64,000 nucleotides of DNA, taken from NCBI GenBank assembly GCA_963833965.1, contig CAWHZZ010000001.1:520274-584273 (forward strand). The letters are read 5' to 3'. How positions within the stretch are numbered: the first letter of the stretch is position 1; each line of letters opens with the position of its first letter. Below are positions 18,424 through 27,897 of the stretch, piece by piece. The translations under genes were made by a program, and so were the position numbers. This DNA comes from an uncultured Verrucomicrobiae bacterium (GTDB lineage Bacteria > Chlamydiota > Chlamydiia > Chlamydiales > Rhabdochlamydiaceae). Under the pieces are notes generated by a model that was not told the origin of the DNA, did no database searches, and saw only the letters and a list, made by a program, of their open reading frames with translations.

Positions 18424-19765
18424 ATGGCCGCCGGAGTAAGTAGAAAAAATGCCCCAGCTCTGATCTCCCAAAATTATATCTGCGCACTGCCCACCGATGT
18501 GACAACCCAATTCTTCATCCGCGTGCATCCCCGAGATCTCCTGAGTTGCAACAGGGTTTGCAAGCATTGGTATCAAATTTTTCAGCCGGCCTCCACTTGG
18601 CAACATTTGCTTACGAGACATTTTTCCTCGATTAAGACTCCAGAAAAGGCAGAGGAATGCCAGGCTGCTTACAAAGCGGAATACCTTCGTCGCGAATCCA
18701 ATTTCAAAGAGGGGTTGTTTTGCTTGAAACCTTATGTCTCCATCGACGGCGATGAAGTTTCTCGGAAGCCTGATGAAGATGCCCATACCATCATTTGGAA
18801 TAGCGCAATTGGCAAAGTCAAGGCCGTCTACAAAGAGCAGCCCCCCGACCCAGTCTTTGAAATCTACGATCTAACAGACAAACTTGTCCAAGCTTTTAAA
18901 ATTAAAAACATGACCCTCTTTCTCATCTCAGGCAGCTATCTCTTTGCATGTTCCCATATCGACGGAACTCTACAGATTTGCAATATAAAAACAGGCGAGG
19001 CCAAAAAATCCATTCGAGTGAGCATCCCCACCGGAAATAAACCTGCTGGGGCATTCTGTATGACCATGGATCCTTCGGCCATCGATCAACCGATTCTTTT
19101 CTTAGGATGCCACGACGGCTCGATCAAAGCTTATGACATTAAAGAAGAGAAATTTCTCAATTTCAAGCCCGAGGTTAAGCACAGCCAGGGGGTTTATGAT
19201 CTGTTGATTCGGGATCGAAAGCTCATCTCCGCTTCCGCTTATGGAGGGATGCTGATCTGGAGATTGGATGATCGGGGCAAGCCCCTCAAAGGAGAGCCGG
19301 CAAAAGAGATTGATGGGCATAAAGGCCTACTGCAGATTTTAGGCTATGCCTATGGAGATATATTCACCGTCTCGCGCGCCGGCGAAATCAAGCGTTGGGA
19401 TATCGAAACGGGCCATTGCATGACCACTTTTAAAGCCCAGCCAAATGGTCCAAAAAAAAAATTTCTCCATCGCCTACATCAATCATCAACTCTTTTTGAA
19501 CGGCAAGGACATCAACATGATCATGGATTTTCGATCCTCCGACCAGGAAATCGTCGACGAAATAGGCCAATCGATTTTTCAGTGCGTGAAAGGCCCTTCA
19601 AGAAATGATACGGAATTACTAAAAGAACTTTATGACCGGTTTGCCAAAATGTCGACAAAAGATATCGACCTCGGCTCAAAAAGTTTAGCCACGCTGCTCA
19701 AATTGCTCAACGAAGGAATCTCCCCCTTAGAAGCTATCAAACTGGCGTTCTCTCCCTCCGAGTGA
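18424..19765 (+). pseudogene. F-box / WD40-like repeat protein interrupted by a +1 frameshift in an A10 tract (19452..19461)
   Basis: F-box motif LPTDVTTQFFIRVHPRDLLSCNRVCKHWYQIF. WD-like blades include GCHDGSIKAYDI and GEIKRWDIETGHC. After the A10 run, the 18424 frame becomes low-quality sequence and stops at 19608. The +1 frame (ORF 19445..19765) continues with protein-like sequence, and removing one A fuses the two as ...AQPNGPKKNFSIAYINH... Confidence 0.65.
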
Positions 19766-19773
19766 GAGGGAAT

Positions 19774-22032
19774 TCATTTTACAAGTTTTTTTTCAAACGG
19801 CAAATTTTCAAAATAGGTTTTGTTCAAATGGTCTTGAATTGTTTCCATTTGTACCTCTGTAGCTTCAACTCCTAATTTCTGGGTGAAAAACAAATGAACG
19901 CAACGGGCAGCTTTTTGGTACAACTTCTCCTTCGCTGACATGATGCTAGTAATCTTTTCCTTCGGCAACTCCTCTTTCAACGGTTTAAAATAGAGTTGAA
20001 GATCATCAATCAATTTTTCCGTTTTGCTCCGTTTCATCATGGCATGGATGCCATTGACCATTGACTCTATTAAGGGCAGATAAATTTCTGCCTTCGTTGT
20101 CTTTAATGCCGCATTGAGAAGCGCCTTACACGGTTCAAACTGTATTGTCGGCTTGTTGGATTCATGGATATCGTCCACATCCAAGGGGGCAAGCGCGTTA
20201 GGATTTCCCTGAGTGTTACAGGCTATAATCGAGCTTAAAAGCGAGCCACCCGGCTTGTCTTCTCTATTGAACCGCATCAAAGTGTGCTTTTTTATCAGTG
20301 TCATTGTCGCGCTCTCATTTATCGAGGGATAGTAGGATGCAATGAGAGGTTCCAGTAACTTAACTTGATACCAGCCCTTGACATGTGCGATCGCCACCCC
20401 GACATGTGAAGCCGCGATGGCTTCATACACCCGTTTTTTAAATTCTTTGTCATCTTCTTGCTTCAGATAGGTTCTGATGTTCCCATCAAGAGCACGACCG
20501 TTCAGCTGCAATCCACTTTTAATCAGGGTTGCTACATGGACGGGCTCCCCATTGATCTTGATGATGGTATGCATTTCGCATCCCGTCGGGTAATTTTTTT
20601 TTAGTTTTTGATTGATCTCTATTTGAATTTCCTTGATCAAAAGAATGATCTGTTCTCGCGTCTCTTCTGCTACTTCTACTAATTTGCTGTATGTACTATT
20701 GGGGACTTGCTTAATTGTATAAAGAGAATAGGTATCAAAAGAGGTATGCGCGTTGGGAGGAGCTTGAGGAGCGAGCACTGTTTCCGCAAAAAAGCATGGA
20801 TCCTTATAGAATGTTTCTGAATCGTCATTCATGGGCTCTTGTGAAGAATCCTGGGAAAGATCAAATGACGTCGTGATCGTTCTAATGAGGATTTTTTCCC
20901 GTTCGACAATCCAACCAAAGGACACCTTACTTTCTTTTCCGGAAATCTTAGCTCCTTTCACAATGACCTGCATCGAGCCATTTGCTTCCGAAGAAAGGAT
21001 ATATTCTCTTAATCCATCTTCATAGATGTGTCTAGTGCTAAAAGTCATGTCTTTAAATTCGCCAATTCCAGCTTTTGGAACGAAAAGGCTCAAGAGAAGG
21101 GAATTGTAAATGGGAGCACCCATGAATGTTCTGCTCCAAGCAGACATCTCTTCTGAAGATTTTTGCACACCTTCGGTAAAGAAGCGAATGGCTACTTCGG
21201 CAAAAGCATCCAGCGTTGTTCGATCAAGTTCTGCTTTATCAAAAGCGGTTTCTTTAATATTCCTTACAAGACATTCTATCGGGCCAAACTGCTTTTCAAA
21301 AGTTAAACTATCCATGTATTTTTCGGTTTTTTTGGATAAAAACCTCGCAGCGAGCAACGCATCGACCAATTCAACAATACGCGCAGTATTTTTTTTGCCG
21401 GTATTCAGGGTATTCAAACGATGCAATTTGCCGGAAAAATTTGTCGCATATTCTGGCGTCCAGCGTTTTTCTCTTATAAGCATTCTAAAACTGGTCTGAA
21501 TGACATCGAAAATATATTTCTCATCTTCAGGCTTATGAGACCGATCATCACTTAACTCCAAAATTGTTAACTGCACGGTCTTCAGATCTAAAGGAACCTT
21601 TTGTAAAGGAATTTTCTCAAGGAGAGAATAAAAGGACGTTTCCTTGATAGCCTCCTCGTACTCTTTCGATCCTATCATACGGGCCACGCTGGTGCGCATC
21701 GTTTCTTTCGCGATCAATGTTTCGAATAACCATGTCGCGAGATGATCGATAGGTTTTTTTGGAGAATTTCTTCTCGGTGTAATAGCAGATGTACTGCTTG
21801 AGGTAGATGAGCTGCTTGAAGGGAGAATGATAGTACTCATTGAAGGAGGAGACGTTCTTCTTGAGGGGCTGTTTGCGGTGGTGGTAGTCGTAGTTGTTGT
21901 TGTCGTGGTCGAAATGCTTGATGTAGTCGTTGAAGAAAGAGATGTTCTCCTTGGGACGGAGTTGCTTGAAGAGAAAGGTCCCGGTTCTTCAAACGACACT
22001 TGTTTACCGATACTGCCTAAAGGTTGAGCCAT
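19774..22032 (-). CDS. Large hypothetical protein with a Ser/Thr-rich low-complexity N-terminus (candidate secreted effector)
   Basis: The ATG at 22032 is preceded by AAGGAGG 6 nt upstream. The N-terminal 90 aa or so include STTTTTTTTTTTANS and SSSSSTSSSTS runs. The rest has no recognised motif. Confidence 0.7.
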   Translation of the reverse strand: MAQPLGSIGKQVSFEEPGPFSSSNSVPRRTSLSSTTTSSISTTTTTTTTTTTANSPSRRTSPPSMSTIILPSSSSSTSSSTSAITPRRNSPKKPIDHLATWLFETLIAKETMRTSVARMIGSKEYEEAIKETSFYSLLEKIPLQKVPLDLKTVQLTILELSDDRSHKPEDEKYIFDVIQTSFRMLIREKRWTPEYATNFSGKLHRLNTLNTGKKNTARIVELVDALLAARFLSKKTEKYMDSLTFEKQFGPIECLVRNIKETAFDKAELDRTTLDAFAEVAIRFFTEGVQKSSEEMSAWSRTFMGAPIYNSLLLSLFVPKAGIGEFKDMTFSTRHIYEDGLREYILSSEANGSMQVIVKGAKISGKESKVSFGWIVEREKILIRTITTSFDLSQDSSQEPMNDDSETFYKDPCFFAETVLAPQAPPNAHTSFDTYSLYTIKQVPNSTYSKLVEVAEETREQIILLIKEIQIEINQKLKKNYPTGCEMHTIIKINGEPVHVATLIKSGLQLNGRALDGNIRTYLKQEDDKEFKKRVYEAIAASHVGVAIAHVKGWYQVKLLEPLIASYYPSINESATMTLIKKHTLMRFNREDKPGGSLLSSIIACNTQGNPNALAPLDVDDIHESNKPTIQFEPCKALLNAALKTTKAEIYLPLIESMVNGIHAMMKRSKTEKLIDDLQLYFKPLKEELPKEKITSIMSAKEKLYQKAARCVHLFFTQKLGVEATEVQMETIQDHLNKTYFENLPFEKKLVK

Positions 22033-22136
22033 GATGGCCTCCTTTTTGGGCAACAATTTTTTCACCAACCCATCTTTTTACGCAATATTATTTTTTTAAT
22101 TTTTTGAACGGTGTGCATAGAAACTCTTGGAAAATT

Positions 22137-22168
22137 GAACCTCTCTCGCCTGAAGGCGAAAGAGGTTC
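22137..22168 (-). terminator. Stem-loop directly downstream of the 22180..23691 gene
   Basis: Perfect nested palindrome GAACCTCT-c-TCGCC-tgaa-GGCGA-a-AGAGGTTC, followed on the minus strand by AATTTTCC. Confidence 0.5.
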
Positions 22169-22179
22169 AAGAATTTTTG

Positions 22180-23691
22180 TCACGGACCACTCGCTTCGAA
22201 GAGCCTTCGTACAGAAACAGAATGGAGCGGGGCTCTTCCTGCAAAAGTGTTATCAAAAGCAACTCGGAATGTCCCTGTTTGAGGTTCCATGACGACGCGA
22301 TGAGTAGTTTCCCAATTATTGACAAAACGAAGAGCAAGAGCCTCTTCGACAGGCCGATTTCTTCGATTTCTAAAAAACTCATCGATCAATTGTTGACGTT
22401 CAACGCTACTATGCATATGGCTCACCGGTTCCGGACTATAACGGCAATTGAGTGTCGACAACGGTTTTCCCTGTTGCCATCGCCGAATCACGTGGGAATC
22501 TCCCAAGCCCTGGTAAAAATGAATCGATTGCGCCTGATTTCGATCTGCAACAGTTAAGTGATAAGCGCCAAGCGGCGATTGACCACGAGTATAATTTTCC
22601 ACGTCTTGGACAGTTCGGCAGCCCTCTAAACAAGCTCGATTATAGAAAGATGCTGGCATGCCTCTTATTTCTTGAGTGTTGCCACTACAGACATTCATCG
22701 CCAATGATAAACCTTGATCGTTGATTCCCGTTAAAGTTCCTATGATCCCAGGAGTGCCGACCTCAACCGTGCTGCGCAATCCATTTGCATGCTTGCGATG
22801 AATGACAAGGCTATAAGCGCCCGCTAGACCGAAAGAAGGCCAATCCATATTGCGAGCAAAGACAAACCCCTTTTTAGGATCTTTATCGATAATCGCAGAA
22901 CATCCCACCACTTGCCGTTCATTGGGAATAACTTCCGTTGATCCATGCTCATAATTTCCCGCTTGAAAGTGACAAGAATCCGGAATTAGATGAAATAATA
23001 ACGCATCATCGACGGTTAATTTCGTTGGAAAATGCCACCAATGTTCTTTGGCCCACTGATTATATCCTTCTACAAGCCCCTCTAACTCGCGCAAATACTG
23101 AGGAGGGATTACTCTGCGCATTTCGGCAAGGGTGCGTTGTAGCTGATCTGCCCTAGGCATTCCCGCTACAGTGTGTAAAATGAGGCTGAATCGTTTCGTA
23201 AGTTGATTGATCGCATCCCCGCAAAGATAGCCGTGCGCGTTGCCTGCTTTAAAAGGATCGTCGGAATCGATCGAAAGAATGGGCACATCCCCTTCGTAAT
23301 AGAGCCTGCCTCCATCACATTGCGCCGGCTTGTAAACATGATTTTTCATATCGTGATGAGGAGGAACTAGGATGTCCAGGGCAAACAAAGCCACGGAAGA
23401 AGCGAGGGTCAATAAGCTTCCTGTGATAGCGAGACCAATCACACAGCCTACTCCAAGAATGGGCGCAGTAAAGGGAAGCGAAACGAGCAATCCAATTCCT
23501 AAAACAAGCCCAGCAACTTTAAAAATTTTTGTTACTGTTGGATGCTCATGAATCCAGATCCCCACTTGATCGATTCGACTTAAATCTTGATATTCATCCA
23601 GCAAAGAATTGTTTTTAGTCTCCCAAGACGGATTCATCAATATCGGAGTAATTAAATGAGCCGGAACAGTAAGAGTATAATCAATTTGCAT
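22180..23691 (-). CDS. Membrane-anchored Ntn-hydrolase (peptidase C45 / acyl-CoA:6-APA acyltransferase-like) protein
   Basis: A hydrophobic block of about 54 aa (IFKVAGLVLGIGLLVSLPFTAPILGVGCVIGLAITGSLLTLASSVALFALDILV) follows a roughly 50-aa N-terminus. The C-terminal domain carries VVGCSAII, ARNMDWPSFG and GIIGTLTGINDQGLSLAMNV, resembling C45/choloylglycine-hydrolase-type Ntn hydrolases. Confidence 0.62.
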   Translation of the reverse strand: MQIDYTLTVPAHLITPILMNPSWETKNNSLLDEYQDLSRIDQVGIWIHEHPTVTKIFKVAGLVLGIGLLVSLPFTAPILGVGCVIGLAITGSLLTLASSVALFALDILVPPHHDMKNHVYKPAQCDGGRLYYEGDVPILSIDSDDPFKAGNAHGYLCGDAINQLTKRFSLILHTVAGMPRADQLQRTLAEMRRVIPPQYLRELEGLVEGYNQWAKEHWWHFPTKLTVDDALLFHLIPDSCHFQAGNYEHGSTEVIPNERQVVGCSAIIDKDPKKGFVFARNMDWPSFGLAGAYSLVIHRKHANGLRSTVEVGTPGIIGTLTGINDQGLSLAMNVCSGNTQEIRGMPASFYNRACLEGCRTVQDVENYTRGQSPLGAYHLTVADRNQAQSIHFYQGLGDSHVIRRWQQGKPLSTLNCRYSPEPVSHMHSSVERQQLIDEFFRNRRNRPVEEALALRFVNNWETTHRVVMEPQTGTFRVAFDNTFAGRAPLHSVSVRRLFEASGP

Positions 23692-23887
23692 AACTTAAAT
23701 CCATTTTTATTAACAAATTATAATCAAAAAGCGAATTAAATCAAATGCCAAAAAAACTTAAAATATTCAATTTAAATATTTATTGACGGCAGCAAAAAAG
23801 GAAATTTTCAGATAATTGAAGGAGGTAAGATTCCCCTCAGGAGAACTGCTTCGCGACACAAGCAGTTGTGCGCTTTTTCCATAAACG

Positions 23888-23916
23888 AAAAAGGGGCCCG
23901 AGTGGGGCCCCTTTTT
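23888..23916 (-). terminator. Bidirectional rho-independent terminator downstream of tRNA-Ser
   Basis: AAAAA-GGGGCCC-gagtg-GGGCCCC-TTTTT. A and T runs flank the stem, so it reads as a terminator on both strands. Confidence 0.75.
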
Positions 23917-23923
23917 GTTTAAT

Positions 23924-24010
23924 CGGAGGAGGTGAGATTCGAACTCACGAAACGTTTTCACGTTTACACGCTTTCCAAGCGTGCTCCATCGGCCACTCGG
24001 ACACTCCTCC
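23924..24010 (-). tRNA. tRNA-Ser (anticodon GGA), no encoded CCA
   Basis: Hand-folded cloverleaf. Acceptor stem GGAGGAG/CTCCTCC and anticodon stem CACGC/GCGTG with loop TTGGAAA. The long variable arm is AAACGT-GAAA-ACGTTT and the T arm is GTGAG-TTCGAATC-CTCAC. Confidence 0.9.
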
Positions 24011-24064
24011 AATGGAACAGCAGATGAAGTGTACTTGGCGAGCCCATTCCCCTCAAGGTTAAAT

Positions 24065-24502
24065 TTATATTTTTAACCCGCGGGCCTCTCCCGCGAAGAC
24101 ATCCCCGTTCACGTAGAGCCATTTGCCTTCGGCTTTGGAAAAATAGCTCCGCTCGGTAAAGCTGACATCGACACCATTTTGCTTCAGGTGGGCGATGAAG
24201 ATCACTGTGGCATGATCGCCCTCCTCTTTGAAGTCGAAGACCTCGAGGCGTTCAAAATCTGTGTTCATCGCAAAGTGCAAGATCTCCTCTTTCCATCGCT
24301 GAAGATTTTGCGAGACGGCGGGGTTTCTCGAGTGGGTTGTTCGCACGATGTATTCAGCATTGTTGAGGGCGTAGGCGCTGTAGCGGGAGCGCATTAACAG
24401 GAGGGCGTTTTCAGGATGTTTGCCTTGATGGTATGGGCTGCAGCAGTCGCTATAGGGCTTACCGCTGCAGCAAGGGCATTTAAATTCTTTGTCCGTTGTC
24501 AT
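24065..24502 (-). CDS. YchJ-family (UPF0225) protein with a SEC-C motif
   Basis: N-terminal CPCCSGKPYSDCCSPYHQG (SEC-C metal-binding motif) followed by an NTF2-like body; 145 aa. Confidence 0.8.
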   Translation of the reverse strand: MTTDKEFKCPCCSGKPYSDCCSPYHQGKHPENALLLMRSRYSAYALNNAEYIVRTTHSRNPAVSQNLQRWKEEILHFAMNTDFERLEVFDFKEEGDHATVIFIAHLKQNGVDVSFTERSYFSKAEGKWLYVNGDVFAGEARGLKI

Positions 24503-24520
24503 TATGAAGAATGGCTCAAT

Positions 24521-25210
24521 TTAAGGTTTGGGTGCAATGGAAAACCGCTCATGGCGATTGGCGCGGATTTTTTCGATGAATTCCTGGGCGTGCTGCGTGC
24601 CGACTTGCACCATCTGAGAGTCGTTGTCGATATTCGTTGTCCACAAACTACCGTCTTGACTCGATTGACTGATGCATGTCTCGCGGTAGCGCTGGTGGCA
24701 TGTAAAAACATGGGCTTGGCCGTTTGTCCGGTCTACGGTTCTGATGGAGGAGAACTTGCGGCCGGCGGGGTCTTCCCCTTGGATGATGGACTGTCCGCGG
24801 GCAAAATAGTGTTCGTGGAGTTTGAGATAATCCTCAAAATCTGCTGGATTGAGCTGGACGACGGGAATATTTCTGCAGGCGGCCTCGCCACCCAATGCTG
24901 TGACGATTTTCATACGGGCTTCTGCGTTGCGGACAGGCCCTGTTTGGTAGTATTCGCTTTCTCTTAATTTTCCTTCAAATCCGTCGATGCCGAAACAGCA
25001 GGTCCCGAGGCCGATCGAATCGAGAAAAGCAAAAGCTTTTTTCACAAAGAAAACCAAGTTGGCCTTGAAAGTGTCATTTCTTTCGTTTAAGTCCCATTCG
25101 ACGATCGTTCCAAAGAGGCCGGATTTGCCGAGGCTTGTGTCGTCGCCGCCAAAACTAAACGTATTATATTGGACAGGCTGTTGTGTTAATGTGGTTAATG
25201 GTACTCCCAT
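24521..25210 (-). CDS. Hypothetical protein
   Basis: 229-aa ORF with non-repetitive composition. No motif recognised. Confidence 0.5.
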   Translation of the reverse strand: MGVPLTTLTQQPVQYNTFSFGGDDTSLGKSGLFGTIVEWDLNERNDTFKANLVFFVKKAFAFLDSIGLGTCCFGIDGFEGKLRESEYYQTGPVRNAEARMKIVTALGGEAACRNIPVVQLNPADFEDYLKLHEHYFARGQSIIQGEDPAGRKFSSIRTVDRTNGQAHVFTCHQRYRETCISQSSQDGSLWTTNIDNDSQMVQVGTQHAQEFIEKIRANRHERFSIAPKP

Positions 25211-25283
25211 AGAAACATCCTAAATTAATTTGAAAAAAGAAAAATTATGGCATAAATTAATAGGAATTTCAATGTAAAAAATT

Positions 25284-25308
25284 TATTTGCGAGAATGCCT
25301 TGCAAATA
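25284..25308. promoter_or_regulatory. Candidate operator palindrome upstream of the metal ABC transporter operon
   Basis: TATTTGC-N11-GCAAATA inverted repeat ending about 26 nt upstream of the ATG at 25335. Confidence 0.3.
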
Positions 25309-25334
25309 TAAGGAATGTTTACTAAATTAGTGCG

Positions 25335-26216
25335 ATGTTTCGTTATATCCTCTTTATTTTAGCTGTTTGCTGTTTCTCCTGCCAAAGAGGCAGTCCGACC
25401 AAGTCGGGGAAGCCTAGCGTGTTGGTCAGCGTTCCACCTTACGTCTATTTTGTGAAAAAGATCGCGAGCAATGCTGTAAATATCGAGACGCTCGTGCCTG
25501 CCGGGGCCAATCCGCACATCTACGAGGCGGCGCCAAAAGAGGTGCAGCGCCATCAAAACGCAGCTCTTTGGATCTATCTCGGGGAATCATTTGATAAACG
25601 TGCGCTGCAGTTTTTCAAAGATGTGAAAAATCCGATTCAAGTCGTCGACGTCTCGAAAGGGATTCACCTGCTCTCGATGTGTGAGGAGGATGAACTCGTG
25701 ACGGAGCATGCGCATTGCCATCATCACAGCCACGACGAGGGGAAGGATTTGCACATTTGGCTGAGTCCAAAGCTTGCCAAGGCCCAGGCGCAGAAGATTG
25801 CGGCGGGGCTCATCGCGCTTCTTCCCGAGCAGAAGGCGTTGTTTGAGGCCAACCTGAAAGCGCTATTGGGGGAGTTAGATGAATTGGATGGGAAAATCGC
25901 TGATATTCTCGCTCCGATGCATGGAAAAGCCATTTTGGTCTCTCATCCGGCCTTTGGTTATTTTTGCCAGGATTATCATCTGGTTCAGCTCTCGATCGAG
26001 ATCGAAGGGAAAGACCCTCTGCCCCAGCATGTGACTCAAATCTTGGAAAAGGCCAATCAGTATGCAGTTCAAGCTGTCTTGACAGAGCCGCAATACAGCA
26101 ACAAGGGAGCGGAATTGATCGCGAAGAAGTTGGAACTACCAACGCATAGCGTAGATCCGTATGCTGAAAACTATTCCGAAAATTTATTGGCCATCGCCAA
26201 AATCATCGCAGAATAA
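25335..26216 (+). CDS. Metal (Zn/Mn) ABC transporter substrate-binding lipoprotein, cluster A-I (ZnuA/TroA-like)
   Basis: Signal/lipobox-like N-terminus, His-rich loop EHAHCHHHSHDEGKDLHIW, then HPAFGYF. Confidence 0.85.
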   Translation: MFRYILFILAVCCFSCQRGSPTKSGKPSVLVSVPPYVYFVKKIASNAVNIETLVPAGANPHIYEAAPKEVQRHQNAALWIYLGESFDKRALQFFKDVKNPIQVVDVSKGIHLLSMCEEDELVTEHAHCHHHSHDEGKDLHIWLSPKLAKAQAQKIAAGLIALLPEQKALFEANLKALLGELDELDGKIADILAPMHGKAILVSHPAFGYFCQDYHLVQLSIEIEGKDPLPQHVTQILEKANQYAVQAVLTEPQYSNKGAELIAKKLELPTHSVDPYAENYSENLLAIAKIIAE

Positions 26217-26944
26217 TGGATAGTGTCATCTCGATTGAAGATCTTTACTATCAATATGACGGCGCTCCAGCCCTAGAAAACGTCAATCTGGAAATTTTGC
26301 AAGGCGAATTTGTCGGCATTTTCGGGCCGAATGGCGGCGGGAAGACGACGCTCTTAAAGCTGATGATGGGACTGCTTCGCCCTCAAAGGGGCAAAGTGCT
26401 GTTGTTCGGCCGCCCTCCGGAGGAGACGCGGCAACAGGTCGGCTATGTTCCTCAGGCGATGCATTTTGACCGCGATTTTCCCATCTCTGCGCTCGAAGTG
26501 GTGATGATGGGCATGCTGGGGAAGCTCTCGTGGCTGGGCGCTTATCCTGCCGATGCCAAGCGAAAAGCCGTGGTTGCGTTAGAGCGAGTGGGGCTAATCC
26601 ACAAGGCCAAAGCCTCGTTTGGGACCCTTTCGGGGGGAGAGGCGCAGCGGGTGCTGATCGCGCGGGCGATCGTCGACGAGCCAGGCGCTCTACTTCTCGA
26701 CGAGCCGACAGCCAATGTCGATGTGGAGGCGCAGCAAAGCATCTACGCGCAGCTTTTAGAGCTCAATAAGACGATGACGATCCTCATGGTGACCCACGAT
26801 CTTCAAACGATCGTCGACAAAGTGGGAAAACTACTCTGCGTCCAGCGGCAAGTGACTGCCTTAAAAGCAAAAGAGGTTTGCGAGCATTTCGCCCTGGGGC
26901 TGTACCATACCCCTTTAACGTCCAAGGGGCATTTTTCTTTATGA
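26216..26944 (+). CDS. Metal ABC transporter ATP-binding protein (ZnuC-like)
   Basis: Walker A GPNGGGKTT, signature LSGGEAQR and Walker B LLLDEP. Confidence 0.88.
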   Translation: MDSVISIEDLYYQYDGAPALENVNLEILQGEFVGIFGPNGGGKTTLLKLMMGLLRPQRGKVLLFGRPPEETRQQVGYVPQAMHFDRDFPISALEVVMMGMLGKLSWLGAYPADAKRKAVVALERVGLIHKAKASFGTLSGGEAQRVLIARAIVDEPGALLLDEPTANVDVEAQQSIYAQLLELNKTMTILMVTHDLQTIVDKVGKLLCVQRQVTALKAKEVCEHFALGLYHTPLTSKGHFSL

Positions 26945-27774
26945 CTTTTTTTCAGGCCCTTTTCGAAAACCCATTCCTCCTGATGGCCCTAGCCGCTGGC
27001 GTCGCCGCCTCGTTTGCCAGCGGGATCATCGGATCGTTTGTCGTGGTTAAGAGGATCGTTTCGATGAGCGGAAGCATTGCGCATTCTGTTTTGGGTGGCA
27101 TGGGCTTCTTTCTGTGGCTGAGACGCACCTATGGTCTGGAGTTTTTGACGCCGCTTCAGGGGGCGCTTGCCGCAGGGTTGCTTTCGGCCCTTTTGATGGG
27201 CTGGATTCATTTGAGATATAAAGAAAGAGAGGACACGGTGATCGCCGCGATCTGGGCGACGGGGATGTCGATCGGGGTGATCTTCATCGCCCTGACACCG
27301 GGATATAACGTCGAGCTAACGAATTTTTTATTCGGGAATATTCTTTGGGTAAGCCATAGCGACCTTGCACTGCTGCTTTCCCTCGATGTGCTGATCGCCG
27401 CGGCGGTCGCTATTTTCTACCGCCGCTTTCTGGCCATTTGCTTCGACGAGACGCAGTCGAAGCTGCAAAAAGTACCCGTCCACTCGCTTTATCTTCTTTT
27501 GCTCTGCCTTGTGGCCGTCGCTGTCGTTCTATTGATTCAAGTCGTCGGCGCCATCCTCGTCATCACCATGCTCGCGATTCCAGCGGCCATCGCAGGGACA
27601 TTCACTTCGACGCTTGTGCGCATGATGGGAATTGCGATCCTGCTGGGCGTGTTCTTTACGCTATCGGGGATGTTCCTCTCTTATGAGCTGAATTGGCCCC
27701 CAGGGGCGACCATCTCCCTCGTCGCAGCGGCCTTTTACGTCTTGAGCTTATTTAAGAGACGCCAAGCAAGATAA
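26941..27774 (+). CDS. Metal ABC transporter permease (ZnuB-like)
   Basis: Polytopic protein. The ATG at 26941 forms an ATGA overlap with the ZnuC-like stop. The longer 26878 start was rejected. Confidence 0.85.
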   Translation: MTFFQALFENPFLLMALAAGVAASFASGIIGSFVVVKRIVSMSGSIAHSVLGGMGFFLWLRRTYGLEFLTPLQGALAAGLLSALLMGWIHLRYKEREDTVIAAIWATGMSIGVIFIALTPGYNVELTNFLFGNILWVSHSDLALLLSLDVLIAAAVAIFYRRFLAICFDETQSKLQKVPVHSLYLLLLCLVAVAVVLLIQVVGAILVITMLAIPAAIAGTFTSTLVRMMGIAILLGVFFTLSGMFLSYELNWPPGATISLVAAAFYVLSLFKRRQAR

Positions 27775-27778
27775 ACTA

Positions 27779-27880
27779 TTACATGTTGCAATAGCGGTTC
27801 CAAAAGCTTTTCCAGGCGCCGTTTTTGGAAGATCTCATTGGTTTTTTCGTTTTGGACCTTTTCATTTTTCTTTTACGCAT
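27779..27880 (-). CDS. Candidate small basic protein (33 aa)
   Basis: Not in the ORF track (below its cutoff). My translation is MRKRKMKRSKTKKPMRSSKNGAWKSFWNRYCNM. The ATG is preceded by GGGAGGGG 4 nt upstream. Confidence 0.3.
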   Translation of the reverse strand: MRKRKMKRSKTKKPMRSSKNGAWKSFWNRYCNM

Positions 27881-27897
27881 AACCCCTCCCTCTAGAA

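Noticed and set aside
23767-24062. ORFs 23767..24012 (-) and 23868..24062 (+)
   Set aside because: Both overlap the tRNA-Ser gene and its terminator, so they are spurious.
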